DNA of 63,195 nt, taken from contig JAUUZN010000001.1 of the NCBI GenBank assembly GCA_030589945.1, forward strand, positions 1 to 63,195, written 5' to 3'. Under the pieces are notes generated by a model. It worked only from the letters and a program-made list of their open reading frames with translations, searched no databases and was not told the origin of the DNA. The DNA is from Gammaproteobacteria bacterium. Its GTDB lineage: Bacteria; Pseudomonadota; Gammaproteobacteria; Enterobacterales; GCA-2746155. Of the stretch, positions 39,778 through 49,815 are shown in pieces. How positions within the stretch are numbered: the first letter of the stretch is position 1; each line of letters begins with the position of its first letter. Position numbers and translations under genes: made by a program.

Positions 39778-41052
39778 ATGATGGCACATATAGTTATTTT
39801 AGGTGCAGGGGTAGGCGGATTGCCCTGTGCGTACGAAATGAAAGCTGAACTGTCTAATGATCACCAAGTTACGGTTATTAATGACCGCGATCATTTTCAG
39901 TTTACGCCTTCAAACCCTTGGGTGGCAGTCAAATGGAGAAATGCAGACGATATCTCTGTAAAGCTTGAACCGGTACTGACTAAAAAGGGTATTAATTTCA
40001 TTCAAGGTACTGTGACTAAAATCAACGCTGAGGATAATAACTTGGTTGTTGGTGAAGATCAGACGGTTGATTATGATTACCTTGTTATTACCACTGGTCC
40101 AAGACTTGCTTTTGAAGAAGTTGAAGGGTCGGGTCCAGATGGGTTCACTCATTCAATTTGTAATACAGAACATGCAACAGCAGCACAAAGCGCATTTGAT
40201 AAGTTAGTTGATAATCCCGGCAATGTTGTAATTGGTGCCATGCCTTTTGCCAGTTGTTTTGGTCCTGCCTATGAATTTGCATTTATCCTCGATACCGCCC
40301 TTTGTAGAAAACGCATTCGTAACAAAGTACCCATGACTTATGTGACATCTGAGCCTTATATTGGTCATCTTGGTTTAGGCGGTATTGGTGATTCAAAGAG
40401 TATGCTCGAGAGTGAACTTCGCAATAGAAACATAAAGTTCATTACCAATGCAAAAACCACTAAGGTTGAAGACGGCATGATGTTTGTCGATGAACTCGAC
40501 GACAATGGTGATGTTAAAAAGCAACACGAGCTACCCTTCACGTACTCCATGATGCTACCCGCATTTAAAGGTGTTGATGCCGTTGTGGGTGTTGAAGGAC
40601 TTTGTAATCCGCGTGGTTTTGTGATGATTGATGATAATCAGCGTAACCCTAAATATCCCAATATTTATTCTGCGGGTGTCTGTGTTGCAATACCGCCAGT
40701 TGAAGCGACTCCAGTGCCAACAGGTGCTCCTAAAACTGGATATATGATTGAATCGATGGCAACGGCTATCGTGAAAAATATTTCCAGTGAATTGAAGAAT
40801 GAAGAGCTGACAGCTGTTGCAACATGGAATGCGATTTGTTTGGCAGATATGGGTGATACTGGAGCTGCATTTGTTGCAATACCTCAAATTCCACCTCGTA
40901 ATGTTACCTGGTTTAAGAAAGGTAAGTGGGTTCATGCAGCTAAGATTGCATTTGAAAAATACTTCTTACGTAAAATGAGAAAAGGTAGTACGGATCCATT
41001 CTACGAAACCTATGTTTTGAAGCTAATGGGTCTTACGAAAATTGACAAATAA
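39778..41052 (+). CDS. sqr: Sulfide:quinone oxidoreductase, type I
   Basis: 424 aa, closely colinear with my recollection of Acidithiobacillus SQR ('AHIVILGAGVGGLP', 'FQFTPSNPWV', 'PVPTGAPKTGYMIESM'). The three catalytic-region Cys contexts are present: 'HSICN', 'ASCFGPAYE', 'NAICLADMG'. Confidence 0.88.
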   Translation: MMAHIVILGAGVGGLPCAYEMKAELSNDHQVTVINDRDHFQFTPSNPWVAVKWRNADDISVKLEPVLTKKGINFIQGTVTKINAEDNNLVVGEDQTVDYDYLVITTGPRLAFEEVEGSGPDGFTHSICNTEHATAAQSAFDKLVDNPGNVVIGAMPFASCFGPAYEFAFILDTALCRKRIRNKVPMTYVTSEPYIGHLGLGGIGDSKSMLESELRNRNIKFITNAKTTKVEDGMMFVDELDDNGDVKKQHELPFTYSMMLPAFKGVDAVVGVEGLCNPRGFVMIDDNQRNPKYPNIYSAGVCVAIPPVEATPVPTGAPKTGYMIESMATAIVKNISSELKNEELTAVATWNAICLADMGDTGAAFVAIPQIPPRNVTWFKKGKWVHAAKIAFEKYFLRKMRKGSTDPFYETYVLKLMGLTKIDK

Positions 41053-41112
41053 TTACCTCGATTTAAGCAAGTCGATTAAGAAAGTCGATTAAGTAAGCGT
41101 TAAAGAAAAATC

Positions 41113-41146
41113 AACGCCCGTAAGTTCATACAGACTTACGGGCGTT
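41113..41146. terminator. Perfect 13-bp-stem hairpin (AACGCCCGTAAGT / ACTTACGGGCGTT, 8-nt loop) between sqr and purC
   Basis: Read directly. An A-tract (AAAGAAAAA) lies 5' on the + strand, so the U-tract would follow the stem on the minus-strand transcript. The + strand has only 'GTCATT' after the stem. Confidence 0.55.
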
Positions 41147-41183
41147 GTCATTAAATACTCAGATGAATAGAGGAATGAAGTCA

Positions 41184-42287
41184 ATGAGTCTTGCCGAAAA
41201 AGTTCTGGCTGTAAATAATGATCTGCCCATTCGTACCGATGAAATGGTGCACAGTGGTAAAGTACGGTCCGTTTACTGGTTAACAGAAGCGGATAGTCGT
41301 CGTCTCATAGAAGAAAAGTCATACGATGTTGCAGCTGATGCGCCACTGGCTATTATGGTGATTAGTGACCGCATCTCAGCATTTGAATGCATCTGGCATG
41401 GTGAAGGTGGTATGAATGGAGTGCCGGGCAAGGGTGCATCACTGAATGCAATCTCTAATCATTGGTTTAAACTCTTTAAGGAAAACGGTTTAGCTGATAG
41501 CCATATACTTGATGTGCCTCATCCACTGGTATGGATTGTACAAAAGGCGAAACCGGTTATGATCGAAGCGATTGCGCGCCAGTACATCACTGGTTCAATG
41601 TGGCGTGCCTATGAAAAAGGAGCGCGTGAATTTTGTGGAATCCAAATTGCTGAAAATTTAAATCGAGATCAAAAATTACCTGAGTTACTGATTACGCCCT
41701 CAACAAAAGGGATCCTTAAGGACATAGAAGGCGTTCCAGAGCAGGATGATGTGAACATCAGTCGACAAGATATTATTAATAATTATCAGGCATTTAAATT
41801 TAAAAGTATTGATGATATTAATCTTTACGAAAAGCTACTCACAGAGGGTTTTGAGATGATCAGCGACGAACTTGCAAAGGTTGATCAAATCTTCATTGAT
41901 ACAAAATTTGAATTTGGATACGTCAGAGATAAAAGTGGTCAAGAAAAATTAATTTACATGGATGAGGTCGGAACGCCTGATTCATCACGAATTTGGGATG
42001 GTGCGAATCATCGCAACGGTAATGTTGTTGAAAAATCAAAGGAAGCATTTCGTCAACTATTGCTGAGCCATTTTCCTGACCCTGATATTCTATTAAATAA
42101 AGATAGAATGGATGAGCGAAGTGCACTCGCAAAAGATAATGAGCTGCCGGAATCCGTGCTGATGGAAGTTTCAAAAACCTATACTGAGATTGCTGAGAAA
42201 ATAACTGGTGAGACGATAACATTATCGGATAATCCTAAACAGGACATTATTGATATTCTCGAACAGCAATATGGGCTTATTGATTAA
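41184..42287 (+). CDS. purC: Phosphoribosylaminoimidazole-succinocarboxamide synthase (long, Vibrio-type form)
   Basis: 367 aa from '[18 protein letters not shown]', matching the N-terminus of Vibrio-type PurC as I recall it. The track's 13 extra codons start inside the hairpin. Confidence 0.92.
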   Translation: MSLAEKVLAVNNDLPIRTDEMVHSGKVRSVYWLTEADSRRLIEEKSYDVAADAPLAIMVISDRISAFECIWHGEGGMNGVPGKGASLNAISNHWFKLFKENGLADSHILDVPHPLVWIVQKAKPVMIEAIARQYITGSMWRAYEKGAREFCGIQIAENLNRDQKLPELLITPSTKGILKDIEGVPEQDDVNISRQDIINNYQAFKFKSIDDINLYEKLLTEGFEMISDELAKVDQIFIDTKFEFGYVRDKSGQEKLIYMDEVGTPDSSRIWDGANHRNGNVVEKSKEAFRQLLLSHFPDPDILLNKDRMDERSALAKDNELPESVLMEVSKTYTEIAEKITGETITLSDNPKQDIIDILEQQYGLID

Positions 42288-42361
42288 TGTTTGCCAATTA
42301 ACTCAGTCATTGCAAACTCAGTCATTGTTGAATGGTCATTGTCAAAAAAAGTGTAAAGTAA

Positions 42362-43666
42362 CTATTCTACTTCGTCTGATTCCTGTTCAGTGGGCTTAAC
42401 ATAGAGTTCTGGATAAACCTTGACCCACTGCAGCATATTATCTTCAACTTCCACGACCAACATCGGATACCCATTGAGTCTGAGGCAGGTATCTTTTTTA
42501 GGAAGAAATTCTAGGTACTCAATGATGAGACCATTGAGAGTTTTAGGTCCATCGGTGGGTAGTTGCCATTCAAATTTTCGATTTAAATCTCTGACGGCAA
42601 TACCCCCATCAATCAAAAATGTCTGATCCTCTTGAGGGACTATTTCTGGATTAGTGGATGCTAAATCGGTTGTGAATTCACCCACAATTTCCTCAAGGAT
42701 ATCTTCTAAAGTCACGATACCTTCTAATTCACCGTATTCATTGACCACGGCACCAATACGTTGACGTTTACGCTGAAAGTTAAGCAGTTGAGTGTGCAGA
42801 GGCGTGCCTTCAGGAACATAATAAACATCCGAGATTGCCTGCTCTAATAAACTTTTAGTCAGGTGATTTTGGGTCAGAAGATTGATTAAATCTCGAGCAT
42901 GTAGCATGCCCACAGGATTATCAATTTCACCCTTATAAACGAGTATTCGGGTATGCTGGCAAACTCGAAGTTGCTCTAAAATTTCGTCCCAATCATCCTC
43001 TAAGTCAATGCCGACTATCTCGCGTCTTGGAACCATAATATCTTCAACGGTTGAAGATCCGAGGTCGAGTATGTTGAGTAGCATTTTTTGATGTCGATGC
43101 GGTATCAATGGACTGGTTTCTGTAACAACAGCCCTTAACTCGTCAGGATTTAATTTTTCACTGGCTATTTCTGCAGCGTTGACACCAAAGAGTCGTAAAA
43201 AGCCATTGGCTATGCTGTTGATTAACCAAACGAGAGGCCATGAAACAAATAACAATGGTTTTAAGATAAAGGCCGATGGAAATGCAATTTTTTCAGGATG
43301 AAGAGCTGCTAAAGTTTTGGGTGTGAGTTCTGCAAAAATAAGAACTACTAATGTTAATAGTATTGGAGCAATGATTAATCCTTTACTACCCCATAAGCGC
43401 TCTGCCATGACAGTTGCAATGGTGGTCGCAAGGATGTTGACGAAATTATTGCCTATTAAAATGAGTCCGAGTAAACGATCCGGTCTCTCGAGCAATGTTT
43501 GGACCCTTCTTGCAGCATAGCGTTTTTTGCTTTTACTATTTGCAATTGATTTTAGCCGATATCGATTAACTCGCATCATGCCTGTTTCACTGCTTGAGAA
43601 GAAAGCAGAGAGGACAATTAAAATACACAACCAGAATAATAAATATTCCAGAGAAATTTGTTCCAC
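42362..43666 (-). CDS. yfjD: DUF21-CBS-CorC_HlyC (CNNM/CorB-type) membrane protein
   Basis: 434 aa. N-terminal 4-TM DUF21, a CBS pair, C-terminal CorC/HlyC domain. Follows the ypjD homologue as in E. coli. Confidence 0.8.
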   Translation of the reverse strand: MEQISLEYLLFWLCILIVLSAFFSSSETGMMRVNRYRLKSIANSKSKKRYAARRVQTLLERPDRLLGLILIGNNFVNILATTIATVMAERLWGSKGLIIAPILLTLVVLIFAELTPKTLAALHPEKIAFPSAFILKPLLFVSWPLVWLINSIANGFLRLFGVNAAEIASEKLNPDELRAVVTETSPLIPHRHQKMLLNILDLGSSTVEDIMVPRREIVGIDLEDDWDEILEQLRVCQHTRILVYKGEIDNPVGMLHARDLINLLTQNHLTKSLLEQAISDVYYVPEGTPLHTQLLNFQRKRQRIGAVVNEYGELEGIVTLEDILEEIVGEFTTDLASTNPEIVPQEDQTFLIDGGIAVRDLNRKFEWQLPTDGPKTLNGLIIEYLEFLPKKDTCLRLNGYPMLVVEVEDNMLQWVKVYPELYVKPTEQESDEVE

Positions 43667-43703
43667 TAAATGTTACGTCCTACGAGGTTGTCGTTTATGT
43701 TGA

Positions 43704-44525
43704 TCATTTACCAAGAAAAACTTCGAGAGCTGCTCTGGTGCCAAAGTAGGCAAGAAATAATAGTATAAAGCCTGCCATTGTCCAACGGGTAGCTGTTTTT
43801 CCTCGCCAACCCTTAATCGTTCGACCGATTAAGAAGATTGCAAACACCAGCCAAGAAGCAACCGATAATATCGGCTTATGCAGTGGCATGGTGGAGCCAT
43901 TATCTGTAGTAGAGGCTGGCATATCACCTGGCATATAAAGATTGATCGCCGTCAATATTGAAACTGACAATAATGCAAATCCTGACCAGATTAGCACGTA
44001 CAAAAATTGTTCCATATCTTGAAGTGATGGCATTGAACTGTCAGATGAAGCGGTGAATGAGCGGAGTTTCTTATCAAGATTATTAACGTAGACCGACTGG
44101 ATGGCCGCAAGGCTAATTAAACTCAGCGCTGCAATTGAAAATAAACTGTGACTCAAATAGCCTATTGATGATGCATCAATGAGGTTCTGATCGCCCCACA
44201 AATTCGTCATCACAATACTCAAAGCAGCCATCGGTAATACTGTTACCACAAGCGTACCGAGTTTTCGTTGGGTACTACTGATGATGATCAAAATAGCAAT
44301 AATCCAGAAGACCATTGAAAACATATTAAACATGCTTAAGTTTTGGCCCATGGCGGTATCAATGGATTCATGTAATAACCAACCATGTGACAATATTGGG
44401 ATGACAGACAACAGTGCAATATTTTTAGATTGGGCATCTGTATGCAGACTTAACTGCCTAAATTGAAAGCCGCTAATCGCTAAATAGAGAAATGCGGTGA
44501 TGTAACTAAAAATTGTGGCATCCAT
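43704..44525 (-). CDS. ypjD: Cytochrome c assembly (CcsA-like) family inner-membrane protein
   Basis: 273 aa, about 8 TM. Its position next to ffh mirrors E. coli ffh/ypjD/yfjD. Confidence 0.7.
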   Translation of the reverse strand: MDATIFSYITAFLYLAISGFQFRQLSLHTDAQSKNIALLSVIPILSHGWLLHESIDTAMGQNLSMFNMFSMVFWIIAILIIISSTQRKLGTLVVTVLPMAALSIVMTNLWGDQNLIDASSIGYLSHSLFSIAALSLISLAAIQSVYVNNLDKKLRSFTASSDSSMPSLQDMEQFLYVLIWSGFALLSVSILTAINLYMPGDMPASTTDNGSTMPLHKPILSVASWLVFAIFLIGRTIKGWRGKTATRWTMAGFILLFLAYFGTRAALEVFLGK

Positions 44526-44667
44526 TTATTGTTGGCCATTGTTTTGGACTTAAACCATGTTAGCATGTACGCGAGTTTTTTAACAAATAGTTAACGTATA
44601 ATCCTTGATGATTCTCTGTTAGAAATGGTTAAAAATTGTTAAAAAATATTAGCAACAAGGGTAAAAA

Positions 44668-45726
44668 ATGAAAAGTAAGTGGATGATTTATGGTGCTACG
44701 GGCTACACGGGTAAGTTGATCGTAGAAGAATGTAAGAGACGTGGGTTAACACCCATTATCGCAGGACGTAATGAAGAAAGTTTGAAATCTATGTCCGTAG
44801 AAACGGGTTTTGAAACTCGTTGTTTTGATCTGTCGCAACGAGTAGTCATTGCAAAAAATCTTGAGGATGTAGAGATTGTCCTACATTGCGCTGGACCTTT
44901 TTCAGCAACAGCCAAGCCAATGATGTCAGCCTGCATACACAGTAAAACACATTATCTGGATATAACCGGTGAGATCAGTGTATTTCAACATGCCAAACAG
45001 CTCGATAAAGGTGCGAGTGATGCTGGTATTATCATTTGTTCAGGGGTGGGATTTGATGTTATTCCTACAGACTGCATTGCTGCTTCGTTAAAAGAGAAGT
45101 TACCAAATGCCACCAGTCTCTGGTTAGGGTTCTCGAGTAAGTCTGGATTTAGTCCGGGTACGGCAAAAACATCAGTAGAGGGTCTGGCTGAGGGTGGTAA
45201 AGTCAGACGAAAAGGTAGAATAGTTACAGTACCTTTAGCCTATAAGATTCGCACCATTGATTTCGGCGATGCCGAACAGACGGCGACCACCATTCCATGG
45301 GGGGACGTGGCCACAGCCTACTACAGCACGGGAATTGGTAATATTGAAGTTTACATACCCATGCCGATGAAGAAGATTAAACAAATGAAAACAATGGATA
45401 GGTTTCGCAGTATCCTCGCCTGGAAATGGGTGCAGCGTTATCTAAAAAATAAGATGGGACGCCAAGTTCGTGGGCCGAATGAGAAAAAAAGACAGAACAC
45501 ACCGTCCTATATTTGGGGAGAAGCCATAAATGATGTAGGTGATATGGTAACAGCACGCACTGTGACCACAAACGGTTATGAGTTAACAGTGACGGGTTCA
45601 TTAGGTATTGTTGAATTTCTTTTATCGGGTGAGCATTCTGCAACAGGTTATCAAACAGCATCGATGCTGATGGGAGCAGATTATGTAACAAAACTCCCCG
45701 GTTGCACTGAAATTACCTACAGTTAA
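44668..45726 (+). CDS. Saccharopine dehydrogenase-like NAD(P)-binding protein
   Basis: 352 aa. N-terminal Rossmann 'MIYGATGYTGKLIVEE' followed by 'IIAGRNEESL', typical of the family. Confidence 0.7.
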   Translation: MKSKWMIYGATGYTGKLIVEECKRRGLTPIIAGRNEESLKSMSVETGFETRCFDLSQRVVIAKNLEDVEIVLHCAGPFSATAKPMMSACIHSKTHYLDITGEISVFQHAKQLDKGASDAGIIICSGVGFDVIPTDCIAASLKEKLPNATSLWLGFSSKSGFSPGTAKTSVEGLAEGGKVRRKGRIVTVPLAYKIRTIDFGDAEQTATTIPWGDVATAYYSTGIGNIEVYIPMPMKKIKQMKTMDRFRSILAWKWVQRYLKNKMGRQVRGPNEKKRQNTPSYIWGEAINDVGDMVTARTVTTNGYELTVTGSLGIVEFLLSGEHSATGYQTASMLMGADYVTKLPGCTEITYS

Positions 45727-45796
45727 CTCGAATAAAGAATAAAAATCTCGTACAATAGCCAACCAGAAAATTAGGTACAAAAAGCTAAGGTTAAAA

Positions 45797-47176
45797 ATGT
45801 TTAATAGTTTATCGGAACGTTTAAATAGTACACTCCGCGCCATTAGTGGCAAAGGACGTATCTCTGAAGAAAATATCAAGGAGACTTTACGTGAAGTGCG
45901 AATGGCCTTGCTCGAAGCCGATGTTGCGCTACCTGTGGTTAAAATATTCGTTGAAGAAGTTAAACAAAGAGCGCTGGGACAAGAGATTAGCAAAAGCCTA
46001 AATCCCGGCCAGGCCTTTATAAAAATTGTTAATGATCAGTTAACCGAAGCCATGGGGCAAGCGAATGATGCCTTAAACTTAAACGTTCAACCGCCCGCAG
46101 TTATTTTGATGGCAGGACTGCAAGGGGCAGGTAAAACAACGACGGTTGCAAAACTTGCTCGTTACTTGAAAGAACGCGAAAAGAAAAAAGTTTTGGTTGC
46201 CAGTGTCGATATTTATCGTCCTGCGGCAATTAAGCAGCTTGAAACCTTAGCGACAGAAGTTGATGCAATTTTCTTTCCAAGCGAATCATCGCAGAACCCT
46301 GTAGATATTGCTAAAAATGCCATTAAGTTTGGACGTAAACAATTTGCCGATGTAGTGATTATTGATACCGCGGGTCGATTGGCAATTGATGAAGAAATGA
46401 TGACCGAGCTTAGTGCCGTACATCAGGCGATTAACCCAGTTGAAACTTTATTCATCGTCGATTCTATGACCGGTCAAGACGCTGCCAATACCGCCAAAGC
46501 TTTTCATGAACAATTACCACTTACTGGTATAATTCTTACCAAAGCAGACGGTGATGCTAGAGGTGGTGCAGCACTCTCTATCCGTCAAATTACTGGTAAA
46601 CCGATTAAATTTATCGGTATGGGTGAAAAAACAGATGCTCTAGAGCCATTCCATCCTGACCGCATTGCTTCACAAATATTGGGTATGGGTGATGTACTGT
46701 CTCTCATTGAAGACGTTGAGCGAAAGGTCGATAAGAGCAAGGCTGAAAAGCTTGCAAAGAAAATTAGCAAAGGTCAAGGTTTTGATCTCGAAGATTTTAG
46801 AGATCAATTGGTACAAATGAAAAGTATGGGTGGTCTTACCAGTTTAATGGGTAAGATGCCGGGTATGGGGGCTATCCCTGAGGCGGCAAAGAATAAAATG
46901 AATGATAAGTCGACCATGTATATGGAGGCGATGATTAATTCGATGACACCCAAAGAGCGACATTTTCCAAAATTAATCAAAGGCTCTAGAAAGAAGCGAA
47001 TCGCAGCGGGCTCAGGAACCAGCATTCAGGAAGTGAACAAACTACTAAAACAATTTACTCAGATGCAAAAAATGATGCGCAAGATGTCGGGTAAAGGTGG
47101 CATGAAAAAAATGATGCGCTCAATGCAAGGTATGATGCCACCCGGTGGCGCAGGTGGAATGCCTCCCTTTAGATAA
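45797..47176 (+). CDS. ffh: Signal recognition particle protein
   Basis: 459 aa. 'GLQGAGKTTT', 'DTAGR', 'TKADGDARGGAALS', Met-rich M domain. Confidence 0.97.
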   Translation: MFNSLSERLNSTLRAISGKGRISEENIKETLREVRMALLEADVALPVVKIFVEEVKQRALGQEISKSLNPGQAFIKIVNDQLTEAMGQANDALNLNVQPPAVILMAGLQGAGKTTTVAKLARYLKEREKKKVLVASVDIYRPAAIKQLETLATEVDAIFFPSESSQNPVDIAKNAIKFGRKQFADVVIIDTAGRLAIDEEMMTELSAVHQAINPVETLFIVDSMTGQDAANTAKAFHEQLPLTGIILTKADGDARGGAALSIRQITGKPIKFIGMGEKTDALEPFHPDRIASQILGMGDVLSLIEDVERKVDKSKAEKLAKKISKGQGFDLEDFRDQLVQMKSMGGLTSLMGKMPGMGAIPEAAKNKMNDKSTMYMEAMINSMTPKERHFPKLIKGSRKKRIAAGSGTSIQEVNKLLKQFTQMQKMMRKMSGKGGMKKMMRSMQGMMPPGGAGGMPPFR

Positions 47177-47178
47177 TG

Positions 47179-48156
47179 TTATTCAATCCAGTCACTAATC
47201 GTGAATCCCATTCCGAAAGATTTACTTTTGTAATTATAGTCGATTAAGTTTTCACCATAGCCATGGAAATATTCAAGGTAAAAGTTAATGTCGTCATTGA
47301 GTGGGAATAGCCACCCTAATGCGTAGGTTTCATGGTGGGTACTACCGTTCAAGTTTCGAAGCATCAAAGTAAATTCATGTTCCTTCCACTGATAAAGAGC
47401 TCCTAACTCATAGCTACCCAAGTAATCATCAATGTCTGGATTATCGTCATCTTCAAGGTCTTCTTCTATTCTATACCAGGGTTTAATTGAGAAAATAAAA
47501 TTATCTTTTTGAAGAATAAATTGAACAAATATCCGGTTCCAACTTCTAGACAGCACGCTTGGACGACCATTTGATTGATGTACAAATCCGAGGCTTGTGT
47601 TAATCAGTTTAAATCCAAATAGATCAATATAGGAGTCTCTATTGAGAAAAACTTCAGGTTCGTAGTTAGTCTCTCTAAATAGTGAAGAGAGTCCAGAATT
47701 ATACATTTGCCAGTAGGATACTTGTGTGTAAGCTGCCATTAGTCGAGTGTCAGTGCCTAAAACTTCATCCCAGAGATTCATTTGAAAACTGATCTGAAAT
47801 TTGGTTTCTACAGCATCAAACTCTGCATCATCAGATGAATCTGAAAGCAGTTCTCCAATCTCGGTTTCAATTGGATTTCGGCTGCCATTGTAAGAAATGG
47901 GCATAAAATAAGATGGCTTATGAGGCTGAATAGAAAATGTTGATCTCTTTGCTCTTTTTTCCCTTAGGTTCTTATCCGTAGTTTTGTTTTCATAACCATG
48001 AAGATTGTCATAACAGGCTAGGCGCTGTGACTCTTCTGCGAAGCTAAGACATTGCTTAACATCGGACGTAATTTCAGATGCGTTAATAGATACCGTTAAC
48101 AGTATAACAATCCCGAAATATAGCTTGTACATGAAAGACTCACGTTTACGATTCAT
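47179..48156 (-). CDS. pldA: Outer-membrane phospholipase A1
   Basis: 325 aa. Catalytic 'HQSNG' motif, signal peptide, beta-barrel-like alternating pattern. An alternative start at the ATG at 48132 is possible. Confidence 0.85.
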   Translation of the reverse strand: MNRKRESFMYKLYFGIVILLTVSINASEITSDVKQCLSFAEESQRLACYDNLHGYENKTTDKNLREKRAKRSTFSIQPHKPSYFMPISYNGSRNPIETEIGELLSDSSDDAEFDAVETKFQISFQMNLWDEVLGTDTRLMAAYTQVSYWQMYNSGLSSLFRETNYEPEVFLNRDSYIDLFGFKLINTSLGFVHQSNGRPSVLSRSWNRIFVQFILQKDNFIFSIKPWYRIEEDLEDDDNPDIDDYLGSYELGALYQWKEHEFTLMLRNLNGSTHHETYALGWLFPLNDDINFYLEYFHGYGENLIDYNYKSKSFGMGFTISDWIE

Positions 48157-48246
48157 AATATGCTCAATTATGGCAATCTTTATCCAATCAATTGTAACTT
48201 ATTTTCAGTTGTTTCTATTTCTTGGGCAAACTGCCATTTGTACTAC

Positions 48247-49815
48247 TTAAGAATTAAGCTGCTTTATAGGTGAACCAAGAGTTCTCATAAGAACCGACAT
48301 AACTATTAACAGCACAACAATGGCTATGGGTAAAACGTAGGGTGATTCATATACCCCAGCAAATCCATAAGCGCCTAGTGCTACTAGACCGGTGATACCC
48401 GCATAAGCTGCTTGGGTGGATACATGATTAAGATGGCTACATTCTGCTCCCGCAGATGCAAGAACGGTGGTATCTGATATGGGTGACACATGATCTCCAA
48501 ATAGACCGCCACTCAAAACTGCAGCAATGGTGAGATACATGGATGCACCCAGTTCAAATCCAACCGGAACGGCAATAGACATTAAAATTGCAAAGGTTCC
48601 ATAGGATGATCCCGTAGACAATGAAATCAGTGCTCCGAGAGCAAAAACTATCATCGGAAAATACGCGGGAGCGACACTACCGGTAATGATTGATGCCAGG
48701 TAATCAGCGGTGTGTAGATCTTTGGTGATTGAACTCAATGACCAGGCAAGGACCAATACTATGGATATATAAACCAGAGACTCTGCGCCTTTGATAAAGA
48801 TTGCTAAGGATTCTGTGTACGAAATTCCTTGATGTCGGCGCATCATTTCCATGCAAGTCAGTGAAGCGCTCAGGTAGGAAATTGCCAGTGTAGAACGAAT
48901 GTGATTACTCGACAAACCATCATGAGTGGCATGCCAGGTTATCAAACCCGCCACTAAAATGAGCATCACTCCCAGAGGATATAGAAAGATACCAATTGTA
49001 GGCTGGGCCCCATTCTGGGTGGCGCCAATCTTCTCGTTGGAATCTGAATCTTCAATCACTATTTCCTTCACTTCAGGCTCATCATCCTTTGCTTCAGCAT
49101 TAGATAAATCGGAGATATAGTTTTCTTGAGCTTTTTTCATCGGACCATATTCTCGACCAATGAAAACGAGTATTGGTACCGTCGCTAAGGCCAGAAAAGC
49201 ATAAAACTGATAAGGGATTACTTTAATCAGTACTGCAAAGGAGTTTTCTGTTAAACCAATTTCCGCATAGGATTTATCAATAAGAGAAGTGATGTAAGCA
49301 CCCCATCCAATAAAGGGTATTAAGATACTGATGGGTGAGGAGGTGGTATCAAGAATGTAGGCGAGTTTTTCTCGACACAATTTAAATTCATCAAAGACGG
49401 AACGATAGAGCGGTCCCACGATCAAGCTATTACCTGAGTCAGTAAAAAATATTCCAAGTCCTGTTAACCATACTAGTATTTGAGCCTTTGCTCGACTGGT
49501 TACAACTGCGGTTAATTTTCTAGCAAATGCACTCGCACCACCTGAGACTTCGAGAAGTTTAACAAATCCACCGATGATAAAAATAATGAGGATGACTTGC
49601 ACCTGAGAACCATTAGCCACTTCCTTTAACACCTGATCTTCCATTGCGTTCAGCATGGCATAAAATGGGTTGAAATCAGTAATAATTAGAGAGCCGCTTA
49701 AGATACCCGTGGCCAAAGCAAGTAAAACGTTCCTGCTATAAAAAGCGACTGCAATGGTTAGTAGTGGTGGGACAATTGAAAGTATTCCATAATCTGTAGT
49801 GATCAAATCATTCAT
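48247..49815 (-). CDS. NhaC-family transporter (Na+/H+ antiporter-type fold; substrate unknown)
   Basis: 522 aa, polytopic (~12 TM) with an acidic central loop 'EAKDDEPEVKEIVIEDSDS'. ATGA overlap with the upstream flavoprotein gene. Confidence 0.7.
   Translation of the reverse strand: MNDLITTDYGILSIVPPLLTIAVAFYSRNVLLALATGILSGSLIITDFNPFYAMLNAMEDQVLKEVANGSQVQVILIIFIIGGFVKLLEVSGGASAFARKLTAVVTSRAKAQILVWLTGLGIFFTDSGNSLIVGPLYRSVFDEFKLCREKLAYILDTTSSPISILIPFIGWGAYITSLIDKSYAEIGLTENSFAVLIKVIPYQFYAFLALATVPILVFIGREYGPMKKAQENYISDLSNAEAKDDEPEVKEIVIEDSDSNEKIGATQNGAQPTIGIFLYPLGVMLILVAGLITWHATHDGLSSNHIRSTLAISYLSASLTCMEMMRRHQGISYTESLAIFIKGAESLVYISIVLVLAWSLSSITKDLHTADYLASIITGSVAPAYFPMIVFALGALISLSTGSSYGTFAILMSIAVPVGFELGASMYLTIAAVLSGGLFGDHVSPISDTTVLASAGAECSHLNHVSTQAAYAGITGLVALGAYGFAGVYESPYVLPIAIVVLLIVMSVLMRTLGSPIKQLNS

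Noticed and set aside
41145-41183. 13-codon N-terminal extension of purC
   Set aside because: It starts at TTG inside the 13-bp-stem hairpin. The Vibrio-type PurC N-terminus 'MSLA..VLAVN.DLPIRT' begins at the ATG at 41184.
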